Of a DNA stretch of 64,000 nucleotides, positions 1 through 13,640 are shown in pieces. Made by a program: the position numbers and the translations under genes. Below the pieces are notes generated by a model. It worked only from the letters and a program-made list of their open reading frames with translations, made no database searches and had not been told where the DNA came from. Each line of letters starts with the position of its first letter. The first letter of the stretch is position 1. Source of the stretch: Oikopleura dioica (lineage: Eukaryota > Animalia > Chordata); NCBI GenBank assembly GCA_907165135.1, contig OU015568.1, positions 14,074,001-14,138,000 on the forward strand, given 5' to 3'.

Positions 1-3000
1 TTTTGACGAGCGTGCAAACGAAGCTAGAAGACAACAAGAAGGATGGGAAAGTGCGAAACTAAACTATGAGAATCAGATCGGTCAGCTCACAGCTCAAGTC
101 GAGGAGCTAACGAAATCAATCACTGAGCTCGATGAAATGACAGCAGACGAGCGTGAGCAACTCCAAAGCACTCTTTTGAACAACACCAAGGTCGCTGAGG
201 AGAATATTGGAAAATTGCAACGAGAAAACGAGGATTTTCGAAAAGCGGTGGCGACACTTCAGCAAGAAAATGAAACGATCGAGCGTGGCTGGTCGGATAG
301 ATTTGTTCAGATGGAGCAAGACTGGAACGATAGACTCCAACGAGCAGTTCGAGAAAGTGAACGAAGCCGAGGAGAATACGATCAACTCGGCAAGGACAAC
401 GCCAAGCGAATGGAAGTCATCGAGAAGACCTTTGCCGAGGAGCGCTCAAGCATGGAAGCTCGAATCAAGCAACTTCAGGCGGAGATTGAACGCGAGCGAG
501 AGACTCAAGACAAAATCCGTGAGGAAAATCGAACGCTAAGAATCGACCTGGAGCAGAGTAACAGTAAAGGAGAAAGTGCGAATCGATCTTTCCAGCGACA
601 GAAAGAAGCTCTTGAAAAGGAGAAAGAAGATGCAAACAAGCTTCGAGAGAAAGAAAAGGAGCAATTTGTTGCAGAGCGTGCTCAATTAGAAAACTACCTT
701 CGTTCAGTCTCTGAACATGTCAAAGCTCTACAAGACTCATCGACAGCTGCGGCAGAACGATTCAGCGCGGAGAGAACAAAGCTCGAAGAAGAAATAAACT
801 CTACGCAGGAAGAATCGAAGGAAAAGCAAAATGAGTTGAGAAAAGAACGGGATGAGCTTCAGATCGAAATTGCTCGATTCAAGTCGCACTCTAAACAAGA
901 ACTCGAGCAAAAACTCGAAGAGATCAGTATCGCTCAGTCGAAAATAGCTCGCCTCGAGAAGAACAGAGATGAGCTTGAAAACCAGCTAGAACAACTCGCA
1001 AAGACTCATAATCTTTCTGAGCAGCAGCTCGCCGAAGCAACAGAAAATTCAATGAGCATTGAATCAAGATCGAAGCAAGAGCGCGAAGAATTCGAAAAAA
1101 TGCAATCATCACTCGAAGAAACCATCAAGGGAAAAAACCGACAAGTCGAGGAACTTACAGCTCAACTTCTTCAAAGCCAGCTTCAAACGGAAAACATCAA
1201 GAAAGACTCGTCTGATTTGGTTGCGCAAAAGGATGCAAGCTTTGCAAAGCTGAAAAAGGAGCTCGAAGAAGCTCAGATTGCCTTCGAGAATTTCAAGAAA
1301 GAATCCCAACTGAAGGAAGAATCAATGATTGAAGAACAGCGTGATGAACTTCAGAAAGTTCAGCGAGAAAATGCAAGAAAACTCAACGAGATCACTTCGA
1401 TGATGCAACTATCAACAGCAGAAAAGGAAAAGATCGAGGCGGAAATGAGCGAAAAATTGGCAAAAACTGAGGCAGAAATGGCTGAAAAGCTTCAAAAGAC
1501 TTCCCAGGAGTCGGAAATTGCGGAACAAAAAGCTAAGCAAGAATTGCTAACTGAAAAGGTACCTCATTTTTTAAGAGATAAAGGATTAACTTATATTCAG
1601 AATCAATTCGATGTTCAAATGTCGTCTCTCTCGCAGCACATCCAAGCTCTTACCCTTGACGGAACCCAAAAAGCCGAAGCAATCCAGTCTCTCCAAGCAG
1701 CAAAGGCCGAAGTTGAGCTCCACCTCGCACAGGCCATTCAAAATCAAGAACAGCTCACGAGCCAGCTCAAGAATCACCATGAACAGGCTGAGCTTGCTCT
1801 AAAGCAGTACAAGACGGAGCTTGCTAATAAAGAAAATGAAATTTCTCAAAAGATGAGTTTGATTGATGCGAAACAAAAAGAAATAATCGGCCTTGAGCAA
1901 CAGAATATTACTCAAGAAGGACAGATTAACAAGTTGAAAAATGAAGTTCAGAAAATGCATGATGATTGGAAAATGCACGAGCAAATGCTTGCGGCTTCCG
2001 GTAAGGGTCTTTTTTGTCCTTGGTAAAAATTTGAATAGCAACGAATCTCAAATCTCAATATGAAAATCTCGCATCCGATGCTTCTTCCAAAATTTCCGAG
2101 CGAGATGGCGCCATCAATGAGCTCAAGAAGGAAAAGCTTTCTTTCTCTCAAATGGTTGAAGAATCCAACCGCTCGGTCCATCAGCTCAAGCTGGTAAGTT
2201 CACAAATAAAAATTGTATATTTGAACTTCTGCGTGGGATCAGACGTGATCCGATGCTTATCACCGCAGCATTGTCATGATTTAACCTGCCCACTGGGTGT
2301 CTTTATATGATATCAACGCCCAACGCCGACAAAATTTTCAAGTACCTCCTCACCCAAAATCTGAAACAAACAGTTGCTTTTCTTATCGCCCATTTTTTCA
2401 GAACTTGGAGCGCGTAACAAACGAAAACTCAACTCTTGCTGCGGAAATCGAGGAAGCGAAGTTAAAATATAAAGGTACAGTTATGCGGTTATTCAAAAAG
2501 AGTAGAACAGGGATTGAGACGTGAGGAACAAGACAGGAGTGAATTTTATTTGTTATTTACAATAAGCATCGCTAAAGGGCACGAAAGCGCTCTGTCAACG
2601 TGTCTCCTTGATCATTCCTAAGGAAGGGACAGTTTGATTTTACCTTATTCTTTCTAGCGTTGCTGAAAGACAGTATCCAGCAAAAAGAAACGATCTCAGA
2701 GCGAGATCTTGCGCTAGAAAAGTCGAAGAAGGAGCTTGATCGAGCTAAAGAGGAAGTTAAATTTGCAGCCGCCGACGTTGAGCAAGTCACTCAAAGCAGT
2801 CTCTCGAATAGTCACTTGGTCAATAAAACTAAATATTTTGAATATTCCGAAATTTTATATTGCTGAGCTGTCAATTCTAGGACTTGACTTGACCAAAGGG
2901 AAGAAAACTTTTCCAAGCGGAGAAAGACCGATTAGAGGAGTTGGTTTCAGACCTTCGAACTCAGTTGAAGCAAAAAGAGCAGAGAATCTTTTCTGCCGAA

Positions 3001-5603
3001 GAGGAAATATCTGTTCTTCGGGACAAGTCTGGTGGTGCTACTAAGGCCCTTTCAAAGGTTTCTAGTGATAAGAATCTCATTTCATAAAAACGCTTTTAGG
3101 AGAAAAAGCGGCTTGAAGAAGTTGAGGACTCCCTCCAACAAGCGCTTCTAGCCGGAAAACAACGAGAAGCTCAACTCAACTCAGAAATCGAGAGCAAGGA
3201 AGAGTTCATTCATAAACTTGAACGGAAGAACGCTGAAATGGTCAGACGACTTCATCAATTTGACCTTGAGAAGGTAACACAATCTCTGATTTTGCAAAAT
3301 TACCGAGTTTGTTAGGACGAAATGGTCGAGCGAGAGGAACGGCTAAACAATCTTTTGTCAGAAGGAAATGAAACCTACGGAGCTCTTCAAAACGAGATGG
3401 AATCTCTTAAAAACCAGTACGAGCGAAGATTGAGAACATGTGATGAGACAAAGAGAGAAAACGAAGCAACCATTCATTCTCTCGAGGTCGACATTGAAAA
3501 TATGAGGGCGCGGCTACTCGATGCTGAGAAAACATCTGAAAGGCTCAAAGCAGATGTTGATAACAAAGGTAAATGAAACTTTTTCACACTTGACAATTAT
3601 TAATCGCTTAATAAGAACGCGAAATAACACGTGAACGACAGCAGCATAAGCTCAAGGATAGCGAGGCAAATGAACGAATCGAAGGTCTCCAGCACGACCT
3701 CAAAATCCAGCAGAAAACACTTCAAGCAGTCACAATGGATCTTGAGTCCCAAGCAGCCGAAGAGACTGGTCGACTGGAAAGACAAATTGACATGCTCAAG
3801 ATGGAAGTTGAAAGCAAAGACAATGAGCTTAATATAGTCAGACACGAAAAGGAAAGGGTTAAAAGTATTGATCATAAATTATGGCTCAATTCGAAAATTG
3901 TTTCTCTAACCCTGTAAAGGACATCTTGGATCAATCTGCGAGTGATCTTCGTGGCGAATTAGAAGTTATCGTTGCCCAACTTGACCAGACTCGCCAAGAA
4001 AAGAACTCACTCACTGTTCGACTTCGAGAACAAGAAGTCATCGACGACGAACTTAATTCAAATCTGAGCGAGGTTCAGCAGATGAAACAAGAGCGAGAGA
4101 AACTAAAATCTGTTCTCAACGAGAAATCCAAAGAAATCGACAGTTTGACGATCCAACTCCAGCGCTCGGATAAACGAGTGGAACAAGTAGAATCCGAAAT
4201 GAAACAGAAATCCGTCGAAAGCACTGAAGCTGCCGAGCGAGTTGAAGACGCTAGAAAGCTTATTCAAGATCTTCGACGAGAAAAAGATGAACTAGTGTCT
4301 ATGATTGGCCAACGATCAAGCGACCAAAAGTGAGTCCTCGTTGATTTCAGTGATTAACTTGTGTCCCTAGCTTGAAATTTACACAGAAAATCGAAAAACT
4401 TCGCGAAGAAAATCGCGATTTGCAGAAGAAGCTTGATGATGTCAGACGAGAAAGTCGATTGGAAGCTAAGACACTCTCTGAAGCTTCGAACATCAAACAA
4501 GTTCTCAGAGAGAAGCAACACTACCAGGAGCTCTCAGAGGATCTCAAAGTTGAAATTCAAAAACTCAAGAATCAAATGAACGAAAAGACTCGATACTATT
4601 CAACATCTTCGAGCAACAATGAAGTCACAAAAATGCTTGAGAAAGAAAATCAAGAGCTCAAGGCTGAAATCAGAGTTCTTCAACAGGAGTCGAGGCAAAA
4701 TCGTCAAAGAAGTTGGTCAAGATCAAGCGCTCTTAACTCTTCAACTGCTTCTGCTCAAGGTCACGAGACGACCGAAGAAAGAAGACTCAAGGCTGAGAAT
4801 TCTTTGCTTGTCAATCGCCTTCGAGATCTGACAGACGAATGCCGAAACATGCAAAAACAAAGGTAAAATCTCTAAATCAAAAAATCATATTTAAAATTCG
4901 ATAGAAGTATGAGCAGAGATGAGCCCAACATGTCCGGAGTCATCGAAGAGCGAGATCAACTCAGAGGAGCAATTCAAAAGATCGCTTCTCTTAGAAAAAT
5001 GGAGCTTCAACAAATTGACCAGTATAAACAAAAAATCGCAGACTCTGAAAATTTGGAAAAAGAACTCAACGACCTAAAAGTCAAAAATACAAGCCAAGCT
5101 GAAATGGTCAAAGTGGTACGTTTCAAAACCGGTTTTAGATGCAAAAATAAATTCTTGTTCAGATCACCATCGAACGCGAGCGACTTTTGACCGAGAAAAC
5201 GATGCTTCTTCAAGAACGAGACCGAATCCTTGAAGAAAGAAGCTCTATTCTCAAGTTTGCCAAGAGCGGAGAAGGCAGCACTGGCGAGCTCTGCAGACAT
5301 CTTGAAGTTGTCATCAACCAGAAACAAGAGCTCCACAACGAGAACAACAAGCTCAGAGCCGATAACGATCTGTTGAAGAAAGACAAGCAGCGGTTGGTTG
5401 AAGAACGGGACGCAGCTCAATTCCGAGTTGGCTGCCTCGAAGCCGAGATCGCTCATCCATTCCCAGAAAAGGACAGCGACGGCTTCAAGAACCAACTGGC
5501 CGCTTCCGCTTTGGTCGTCGAGCAGCTCCGCGAGGACGTAGCCCGACTAACGGCCGAGAACCAGAAGCTAAAAGGCAAGTTTAGCGCAAAACTACCTGTC
5601 TGA
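1..5603 (+). CDS. Very long coiled-coil protein, part A (5'-partial, multi-exon; golgin/centrosomal-like, family unresolved)
   Basis: E/K/Q/L-rich heptad ORFs joined in frame by short GT-AG introns, e.g. 2001-2038, 2193-2401, 2475-2657, 3058-3099 and 5117-5162. No globular domain recognised. Confidence 0.9.
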
Positions 5604-6062
5604 AATCTCCATCTCTGTGACCAGTTTCCCTATGCTGCCCATAATATCTAATTTATCTATTCATTGTTAAATAGGACCCGAATTGAATGTATTGTATAAC
5701 TTTCAGTATCGCTATTATTATAATTATTATCATTAATTAACGAAAGAGTATTTCAGTAGCCTTATGGAAACTTTGCACAGAACATTTGAAATAAAAAAGA
5801 AAATAAAACTGATTTTAGATGAAAATTCAAACCTGAAACCTAACCAAGCGATAGGAAAGTTAGACAATCATTAAAATAATAATTAAGTTTAGTACCTTCT
5901 GCCAATATAAAATATTTAATTTATTTCAACTTTTATTCTGTAAAATGATTTTATATCAACGTGCGTTTCTCCTTGTTCAAAGTCTTTGTAGTGCAATTTA
6001 TCGAACAAAAATAAAGTTATTAATATTATACAAAAAACAATGATTGTCTAACTTTGAAAAAG

Positions 6063-9000
6063 AAGAAGATCTTTCGCCAGAATCGCAGGCAGAACTGTCG
6101 AAAAAATACGAAAACTTGAAGCTTCAGTTCGATAAAATTAACAAAAAGCTCGAGGATCAAATTAAAAACAACTTGCACTTGGCGGACGAGCTCAAGCGGA
6201 ATCTGATTGATTCGCAAAAAGAAGTTGAGTCGCATCAAAAAGCGATGCGAAGTGAGCAGGAGCAGAAGCAAAGCTGGATTGATCAGTACAATCAACTGGC
6301 TAGCTGGGCGCAAGAAGTCCAAGCGCAAATGCAACACAAAGATTCAAAAATTTCTGAACTTGCGGATGAGCTTCAAAGCCGATCTACATCGAGAAACACA
6401 TCGATTCAAATGGACTCTGCCTCAGCCGCGGAGCTAGAAGAACAACTCACTGGAACAAGACGAGATATCGAAGGCTTCCGAAAACTTCTTGACATGGCGA
6501 AAGAGCGCGAAGGAAACCTCAAAAACGAGCTAAACAAACTTGTCGAAAAACTTGAAGATGCAGAGGAAAAGATCTCAAACATGGAGGAAATTAAAAATGA
6601 ACTTGCTCAACGAAAAGAAGAAATTAACGACTTGAATCATCAAAAAATGATTCTCGAGGGAATCTTGAAAAATGAACAGGCTGAGATTGAACGCTCGAAC
6701 GAGCAGTTACTTGAGCTCAACGAAGAAATTGAAGATTATCAAAGAAAGGTTGAGCAATTAGAAGCCGATCGCGCTGTTTTGACGCAAGAAAACGATCATC
6801 ACTCTGACAACGTTCTTGAAATCAACGGAAAACTCGAAGAAATGAATGCTACTGTAGCTCGATTGCGAGAACTACTGGAGCAAGCGCAAGACGAAGCGAA
6901 TTTGTTCAAACGCAAATCTCAAGAATACGAAGAGGAATATGAAATCGCTACTCAGAAATTGAAAGAAATTGAAACGGAAAAGGCCGAAAAACACAACCAA
7001 ATCGGTCAATTAATTCAAGCATTGAAAGCATCACAGACTGAAGTGTCCCAAGCCAAAGACAATGAGCGCCTTCATTCGGAAAAGATCTCAGTCCTGTCTT
7101 CCGAGATCACAGAACTGCGCCAACAATTAGCTTCGTTGGAGGAAGAACTCAAGCAGAAGCAAAATCTGCTTTCGGAGGCAAAACATCAATGCCAGATAAA
7201 AGACGATCTTCTTCAAAGTTCTTCGTCTCAAATCAGTTCCGAGAGAGAAGACCGTCTTAAGCTCTCTGTCGCTCAAGCCCACGCTGAAGAGCGGGTTAAA
7301 ACGCTGACGGAAGAAATTGACGATCTTCAAGGAAAACTTACAGAAGTAGGCGAAGCACTCGTTCAGTCAAATCTTGAAGTTTCAAGGCTGCTGCAGGAGA
7401 ATATCAGGGTGAAAGAAGAGTCCGCGCGAGAGCTTCAACAAAGCGATAAAAATGCTCAAGTGAGACTTGAATCTTTGAAGAAAGAGTTGGAATTAGCAAG
7501 AGATCAGCTAGAGCAATTACAAAAGATGTCAGCGAAAGAAAAGAGTAATCAAAATAACGAATTACAATCGCTTCAAGGGGAAATTGCTACGAGAGAAGCG
7601 CAGTTTGAATTTGAAAAGAAACAAGCTAAAATTGAGTTTGAGTCTGAAATTCAAAAGTTGACCCTGCAAATTTCAAACCTGCAATCTCAAAGAGAAAATT
7701 TCGAAGCCTCGATTGCCCGTTCTTCCGAGAAAATCGAGAGCTTGGAACTTCTCCTTAGTCAGCATGCGAGATCATTAGAGGACCAACAAATCGATTCTTC
7801 GTCACAAATTGAAAAAATAACTCTCAAGCTCAGTCAAAAGTCAGCTGAAATGGCTGAACTAGAGGAAAATCACGTCCAAGTAAAGAACAAGTCGAAGAAA
7901 CTGTTGCTTTCTCAAAAACAGCTTTTGACCGAAAACAAGCAATTGAAGGACAAAGTCAGTTCACTTACAAAAATGCAGCAAGGTACGTGTTTTATTCATC
8001 TTCATTATTTATGTTTTAATCAATCTTAGACTCGATCGCCGCCTCATCTTCAGTGAATGAGGAAAAAAGCGCTTTGCTATCTCAAAACAGCGAGTATAGC
8101 GAAGTGATCAGAAGCCAAACCGAGCAACTGGCGGCATTATCGACCCAATATACCGAAATGGAATCGTCAAAATGCGCCTTGGAGAAGCAGAAATCAAAAC
8201 TTGACGAGGAACTGGCCCTTGTTTTTGAGAGATTGAAAATGGGAGAGAGTCAATTGCTTGAGCTCAGTGAAAAATGCAAAATTTATGAAAACACCAATGC
8301 TCAATTACAGTAAGAAAATTGCCCAAGGCTTAATTTAACGAAATTCTAGATCATCTTTCGACGCAGATTCTGCTCAAAGAGACGAGGAAAAGTCCAATTT
8401 GCTGGGCCAAATATCTTTATTGAAGCAAGAAAATGAAGAAAATCGCCGGCAAATTCACGCGATTCAGCAAGAACGAGATTCAACTGTATCTAAAATGAGA
8501 CAGGAAATCGAACAGCTGCATTTGGTGTCGTATGAAAGCAAGGAGCTGGCAGATAGACTCGGCGTTTTGGAAAATCAGCTTCAAGCGCAGGTTTGGGACT
8601 TTTCCACGGAAAAATTAATAGTAATTTTTCATTCAAGACATCAAAAATGGAACTTGAAAAGAACGATTTCGAGAAGACACGGCAAGAACTTGAAGTGCGA
8701 GTCCAAACATTAACTCTTCAAAATGAAGAACTGCTCAAATCTCAGCAACCCAGCTCGACGCCTGTAGATCCAGTATTACAATCGAAATTGATTGAGTTGC
8801 AAAGTCAGAACCAGTTCTTCGAGGGAAAGATTAATGAGCTCACTGACCTCATTGATTCGCAAAAGGCGCAAATAAGCTACATCAACGATGAAAAGAACAA
8901 CATTCAAGATGAACTTGCCCAATTATCCGCTGCCAAGGCCGCGGCTGATCAGTAAGCATATTTTGAAAGAACAGTTTATTAAAATGTTTTAATTAAGATT

Positions 9001-10719
9001 GCTGAGCTCGCAGCATGCAGAAATTGTACGGCTCAGCGACGAACAGACGGAGAATGCGGAATTCATGGATGAACGTGAACTGTTAACGCGAAAGCTTGCA
9101 GAACAAAATGATATCCTCGTCAAACTTCAATATGCCATCACTTCAGAAATTGGCCAAGACTTACAGTCTGACTCTAGGTGAAAGTCTTTCTTGATTTCAA
9201 TTGTTGAATAATCATTTAGTTTCCGCGATGATCCCTCTTCGCCAATAATTGATCGAATTCAAGCAGCTATTTCGGCATATTTCCGTCACCAGCAAAACAC
9301 CACGATTGAGCTGGAATCTGCAACTGAGAGTCTCAAAAAATTAACTCTAGAGCGTGACCGAATCCAAAAAGAATACCGCGAAGTTTCTGAACAACTGGTA
9401 GATCTCCAAAAAGAACGCGAGTCTTCGGGCGGTCAGTTCATCCCTTCGCAACGAGATTATTTCTACTCTGAGTCTTCGCAAGGAAATCAAGGAGACGCTG
9501 GATTTAGTGAGGCTTTAGAAGAAGCGATCCACCATGAACGACAGAAATTTATCGGCGAGAAAGAATCTCTTCAGCATCGAGTCAAATCGTTAGAAGCACA
9601 AGTCAACAACCTTGAAAACTTACTCGAAGAAGCGGACAAAGAACAAAGTCGAAATCAATCACAAAATCAGTCGTATTCAAACAATATTCATTACGAGCAG
9701 CAGAAGCAAGAAAATATAAATTCTAATAACAACAACTTTTACTCACATCAAGAACCCCAAGAAAACAACAATAAAAATCAGCCCGAGGAAATTCAGAGTT
9801 TCAGAGGATTTGAAGATGCTCCAAGTTCAAACTTTTTCACTCCTGATACAAACCCCGAGCTCAAGGACAATCAATTCGATAGCTTCGAAGAGCAGGATAC
9901 CTCAACTGTTCAAAGTTTCTTTAAGCCCACCGACGAACCTCCGCAAGAAATTGCTCCGACTCAACAACCGACCGATAGTTTTGCTGAAACAACTGCGGAA
10001 CAGCCCAATTTCTTTACTCCAAATGTCGACTCCAGTCATCAAGAGACTCAACAATTCGAGTCATCGCACGCTCCAGCGCAAACAGTTTTCACACCGGCTG
10101 AAAATGTCAAAAAAGAACTCCAAGGATCAAGCTTCTTTACTCCAAATGTCGAAGAACCGTCTATGCCGGCATTTTCACAAGCTCCTGAAACTGTTGAAAA
10201 CAGTTTTTTCCCGAGTCAATCCGAAAATAATACCGGAAATTTCTTCGTCCCTAACTCTAGCGATCAAGACAAATTAAACAACAACTTCATCCAAGAACCA
10301 GCTGCAGCGCAATTTCACCCAGTCACTGATAGCTTCCACGAAAATCAAAATACACCGAGTTTTTTTACGCCAACCATGGAAACACCACCATCTGTTCAAC
10401 CAACCGAGCCTCCCAGCTTCTTTGTTCCGAATTCCGCTCAAGAACCGGCCGCTCCCCCTCCTCAAGAAAATTTCAGCGGATTCCTGAGCTTTCCGGAAGA
10501 ACAGACTTCTCAAGACCAAATGAGTTTCTTCAAACCAAACGTTGAACAATCTTTTGATGCTCAAGGTCAAAATCAATCATCGGCATTCGATAGTTTCTCC
10601 GAATCAACTCCTCAAAATTCTAATTCTATGGTAAATAATAAGCGTTTACTTGAAAAGTAAAATATTTTTAGGTCGAAGAAGAAAGCAGTTTCAGTTCGGC
10701 AAGCAAATTCTTTAGCTAA
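6063..10719 (+). CDS. Long coiled-coil protein, part B, with Q/S/N/P/F-rich disordered tail; possibly the same gene as part A
   Basis: The 661-aa ORF (6044-8029) has a TGA just upstream and no usable ATG. Further exons at about 8030-8309, 8351-8591, 8639-8951, 8998-9177, 9220-10631 and 10672-10719 join in frame and end VEEESSFSSASKFFS*. Confidence 0.85.
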
Positions 10720-10951
10720 CATGTTAGATTAAAATTATTGTCTTCTCAAAGCTTCAAAAAACCTTCCATCCCTTTCGAACAAATGCTCAAATTTTCCCTG
10801 TGCAAAATTATTTATACATATAAAAATAGAAAAAAAAAGATTAAAGCGTTCTTACTGAATTTGTTGGCAAGCGAGGTGTCGATAAGCCTCTGTGGGATGG
10901 CTTTCCTTTCGTTAGTTTAGTTCTGATAGCGAGAAACAAACTTAACCTATT

Positions 10952-12917
10952 ATGCATGTTCGGATTAAATGCAGAGATAAAACAATAGAAGAGGATGCAG
11001 CTCATTTTCAACGATTGTCAAAATGTAAAAATTCGTCTAAAACGCTGAAATCATAATGTTCAGTTTTGAGCTTGTGCGTTTCAAAGCAGAAGGAAACAAA
11101 ATGGAAAATTCTTCATTTCCCGCATCTTTTATCAGAATCGTTCCAGAATGTCTTTCATCGGAGCCCAGGAGACTTGAAACGGGTCGAAACATCATTCAAA
11201 TAACCGATTTTATGCAAAAATATTGACCTAAGAAAGTAGACGTTCTCAGAAGCTGTCAGGTGTTTGATGCTTCTCCAATGTCTGCCGCGAGATCAAGATT
11301 ATTTCGCAGAGTACGAAGAGCTCTTGTTGAACGTACTACCAAAACTTATCGATGCAGCCAGTTTTGATGAAGTGGTTCTGGCAGACCATGTTCTAGCGCT
11401 TTCCTGCCTGCATTATCCTGATTTGGATTTGACATAAAAACTTCCTGAAATGCAGGTTTTCAAAAATATCTCATTTTAAAATCCAATAGAAAAGAAGCTC
11501 AACGAATAATCGAGCAATTGATGGAAGGCTACAACAGAGAAGAATTCATGGCAATTTTTGGACTATTCCTCGGAGAAACGATCGATTTTCGAAAACTCAT
11601 CGACCAGCCAGAGCTATTTGCCTCGTCCATACTCACGACGAAAATCAGAAACACGTTCTCAAACACAACTTTAACAAATTTACGCGCAAACAGTATTCTG
11701 GCAGAGCGTAAACATGTTAGACTAGTTGGGCAAAAAATAGTTGGGAACCAAATTTAGACTCAAATATCCCCTTGCATCGACCAACCAACAAGACCAACAG
11801 AATCATATCTATGAGTTCTACGAAATCATCAAAGAAATCGAGCTACAATATTTCGGAAGCTGCGTTCACATCTGGAACGATGTCAAAATCTCGTGGTCCA
11901 TTATCGAGTTTACAAGTGGTTACGAAACCAGTGGACGATTAGGGCGTTTGAGCAAAGACGGGTTAAATGATTTCGTGGGCTTGTGTGGAGGAATTCAAAG
12001 GATTTCAATTCCAAGAAGCGGATGGTACGAAATTTTTGCAAAAGGAGCGGACAATTATACCCATTCCATCAGGAACTGATCATGATTATGAGAATTATGA
12101 AATTGCTATCTACAGAAAATGAGCATTGAAAAGAGGAGATAGCGCGTGCGCAATATTCCACCTAGAAAAAGATGAGCCTATTGATGTCTTAGTGGGTCAA
12201 GCTGGCACCTCGCGGCTGAGAGGATCAGGAGGGACGTTCGTGACCGCTGGCGAGAATCCCGTCCCGCTGGTAATTGCCGGAGGCGCAGGCGCCGATTATA
12301 TGGGCAGATCATCCGATCAGAGTCAAGCCTCTCTAGCTCATTGCTCTTTCAACGATGGAGCCGGGTTTTTAAATTCAAAGGCTTCGGAGATCTTGCTCTT
12401 AGTCAGGCATTCCATCAGTTTAATAAATGAAGAGATATTTAACAAATTGTTTGGAATTCTCGCGAAAGAAAACGAATATCTAAACAACATCGATGCATTA
12501 GATTCAGGGTTCAAAATAAATCATTTAACGATAATGGAATTTTCCGGTAAGGCTTATTCCTTGCTTTAGTTGAACTCTTTAAAGCGCCTCAAAGCTACCT
12601 CGAAGGAGGCAAGGGATCACTAGGAGCTGGCGGCAGCGAAGGTGGTTTCGGTGGCGGAGGAGGCGTCAATGGAAATGGTGGTGGTGGTGGATACATCGGT
12701 GGGAAAGGAAGCGACAATTATGTTGATCCTGGTCAGAATGGAACATCATATATTGACAAAAAAGGAAGACAGCAAAAGTTCAATCCAGATTTGAGTTTGA
12801 TAGCATTATATTTTATAATCCTTCTCTTTAAAATCCCACTTTCACAACTCAAAAACAGACCATGTTCCGACGTGTCACGCTGGCCTTGTCCGCATCACTT
12901 TGATAAGTTGTGAATAA
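10952..12917 (+). CDS. ALK/LTK-type glycine-rich domain protein with a possible N-terminal BTB/BACK-like region
   Basis: Motifs GIQRISIPRSGWYEIFAKGA, AIFHLEKDEPIDVLVGQAG, GSGGTFV, PLVIAGGAG, GGFGGGGG..GGGGGYIGG and terminal HAGLVRITL match the ALK/LTK Gly-rich pattern. N-terminal exon joins are uncertain. No signal peptide, TM segment or kinase seen. Confidence 0.7.
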
Positions 12918-13036
12918 ATCATCTTTTTTAGATTTATGTTTTCGACCAGTTTCCTCGAGTTTCATTTACGCAAAACAATAAATCTAAGATCGCTTACAAA
13001 TAAAAGGTACCAAGCAGCGGCTTCAAAGAACATGGT

Positions 13037-13640
13037 TTATCTTTGAAAAAATAGGCATTCTGACGAATCATTCAAAGCGGGTAGTCTATCGCAAATCGGA
13101 ATAAGCTCATCACATTTAAAGCTCATATAAATCTGTCTGGCTTTGATATAAAATTGAATCATTTTTGATTCTCTAATTGATGGTACTCATCAAAACCGAG
13201 AGTGCGGATCAGCTGCTGTCATAAATGGTTCTTCAAAGTCGGAATTTTGGCTTCTCTCAAAACGATACATATTAAAGTCGTTAACGTTTTTTACCTACAG
13301 CTAATTGTCAATTAGACAGTACGACTTTTTCGAAATTCGTAATAATCGTCAACGATTTCGCATTTTTCTCAGCGACAGAGTGTCTTTCCATTAATTCTTA
13401 ACCTTCTTCGAAACTACAACCGACATTTGATGTAACTTCGACGCGTCTTATCCTGTCAAAAACATAGCCTTTTAGGATTTCCTCTGTCTCCTTCGAAATG
13501 TAACTTGTGGATTTACGGTCAATTTCTATGCTCAGACTTTATGTGGCGCCAATTTGGGCGGCAGCGGAAGCGAAAATCGCTCTGATCTTGCTTTTTATGG
13601 GGTCCTTGATGAAAAACACCTCTTTGGAGAGTTTCATTGA
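13037..13640 (-). pseudogene. Fragmented coding-like sequence (degenerate gene or gene with ultra-short introns)
   Basis: Protein-like frames (SYISKETEEILKGYVFDRIRRVEV; VKNVNDFNMYRFERSQNSDFEEPF; MIQFYIKARQIYMSFKCDELIP) are separated by stops. They could only be bridged by 24-34 nt introns, and one join does not phase. Confidence 0.25.

Noticed and set aside
116-7330. Many 60-160 aa minus-strand and off-frame ORFs over the coiled-coil exons
   Set aside because: Antisense or frame shadows of E/K/Q-rich coding sequence, with no independent splice or start signals.
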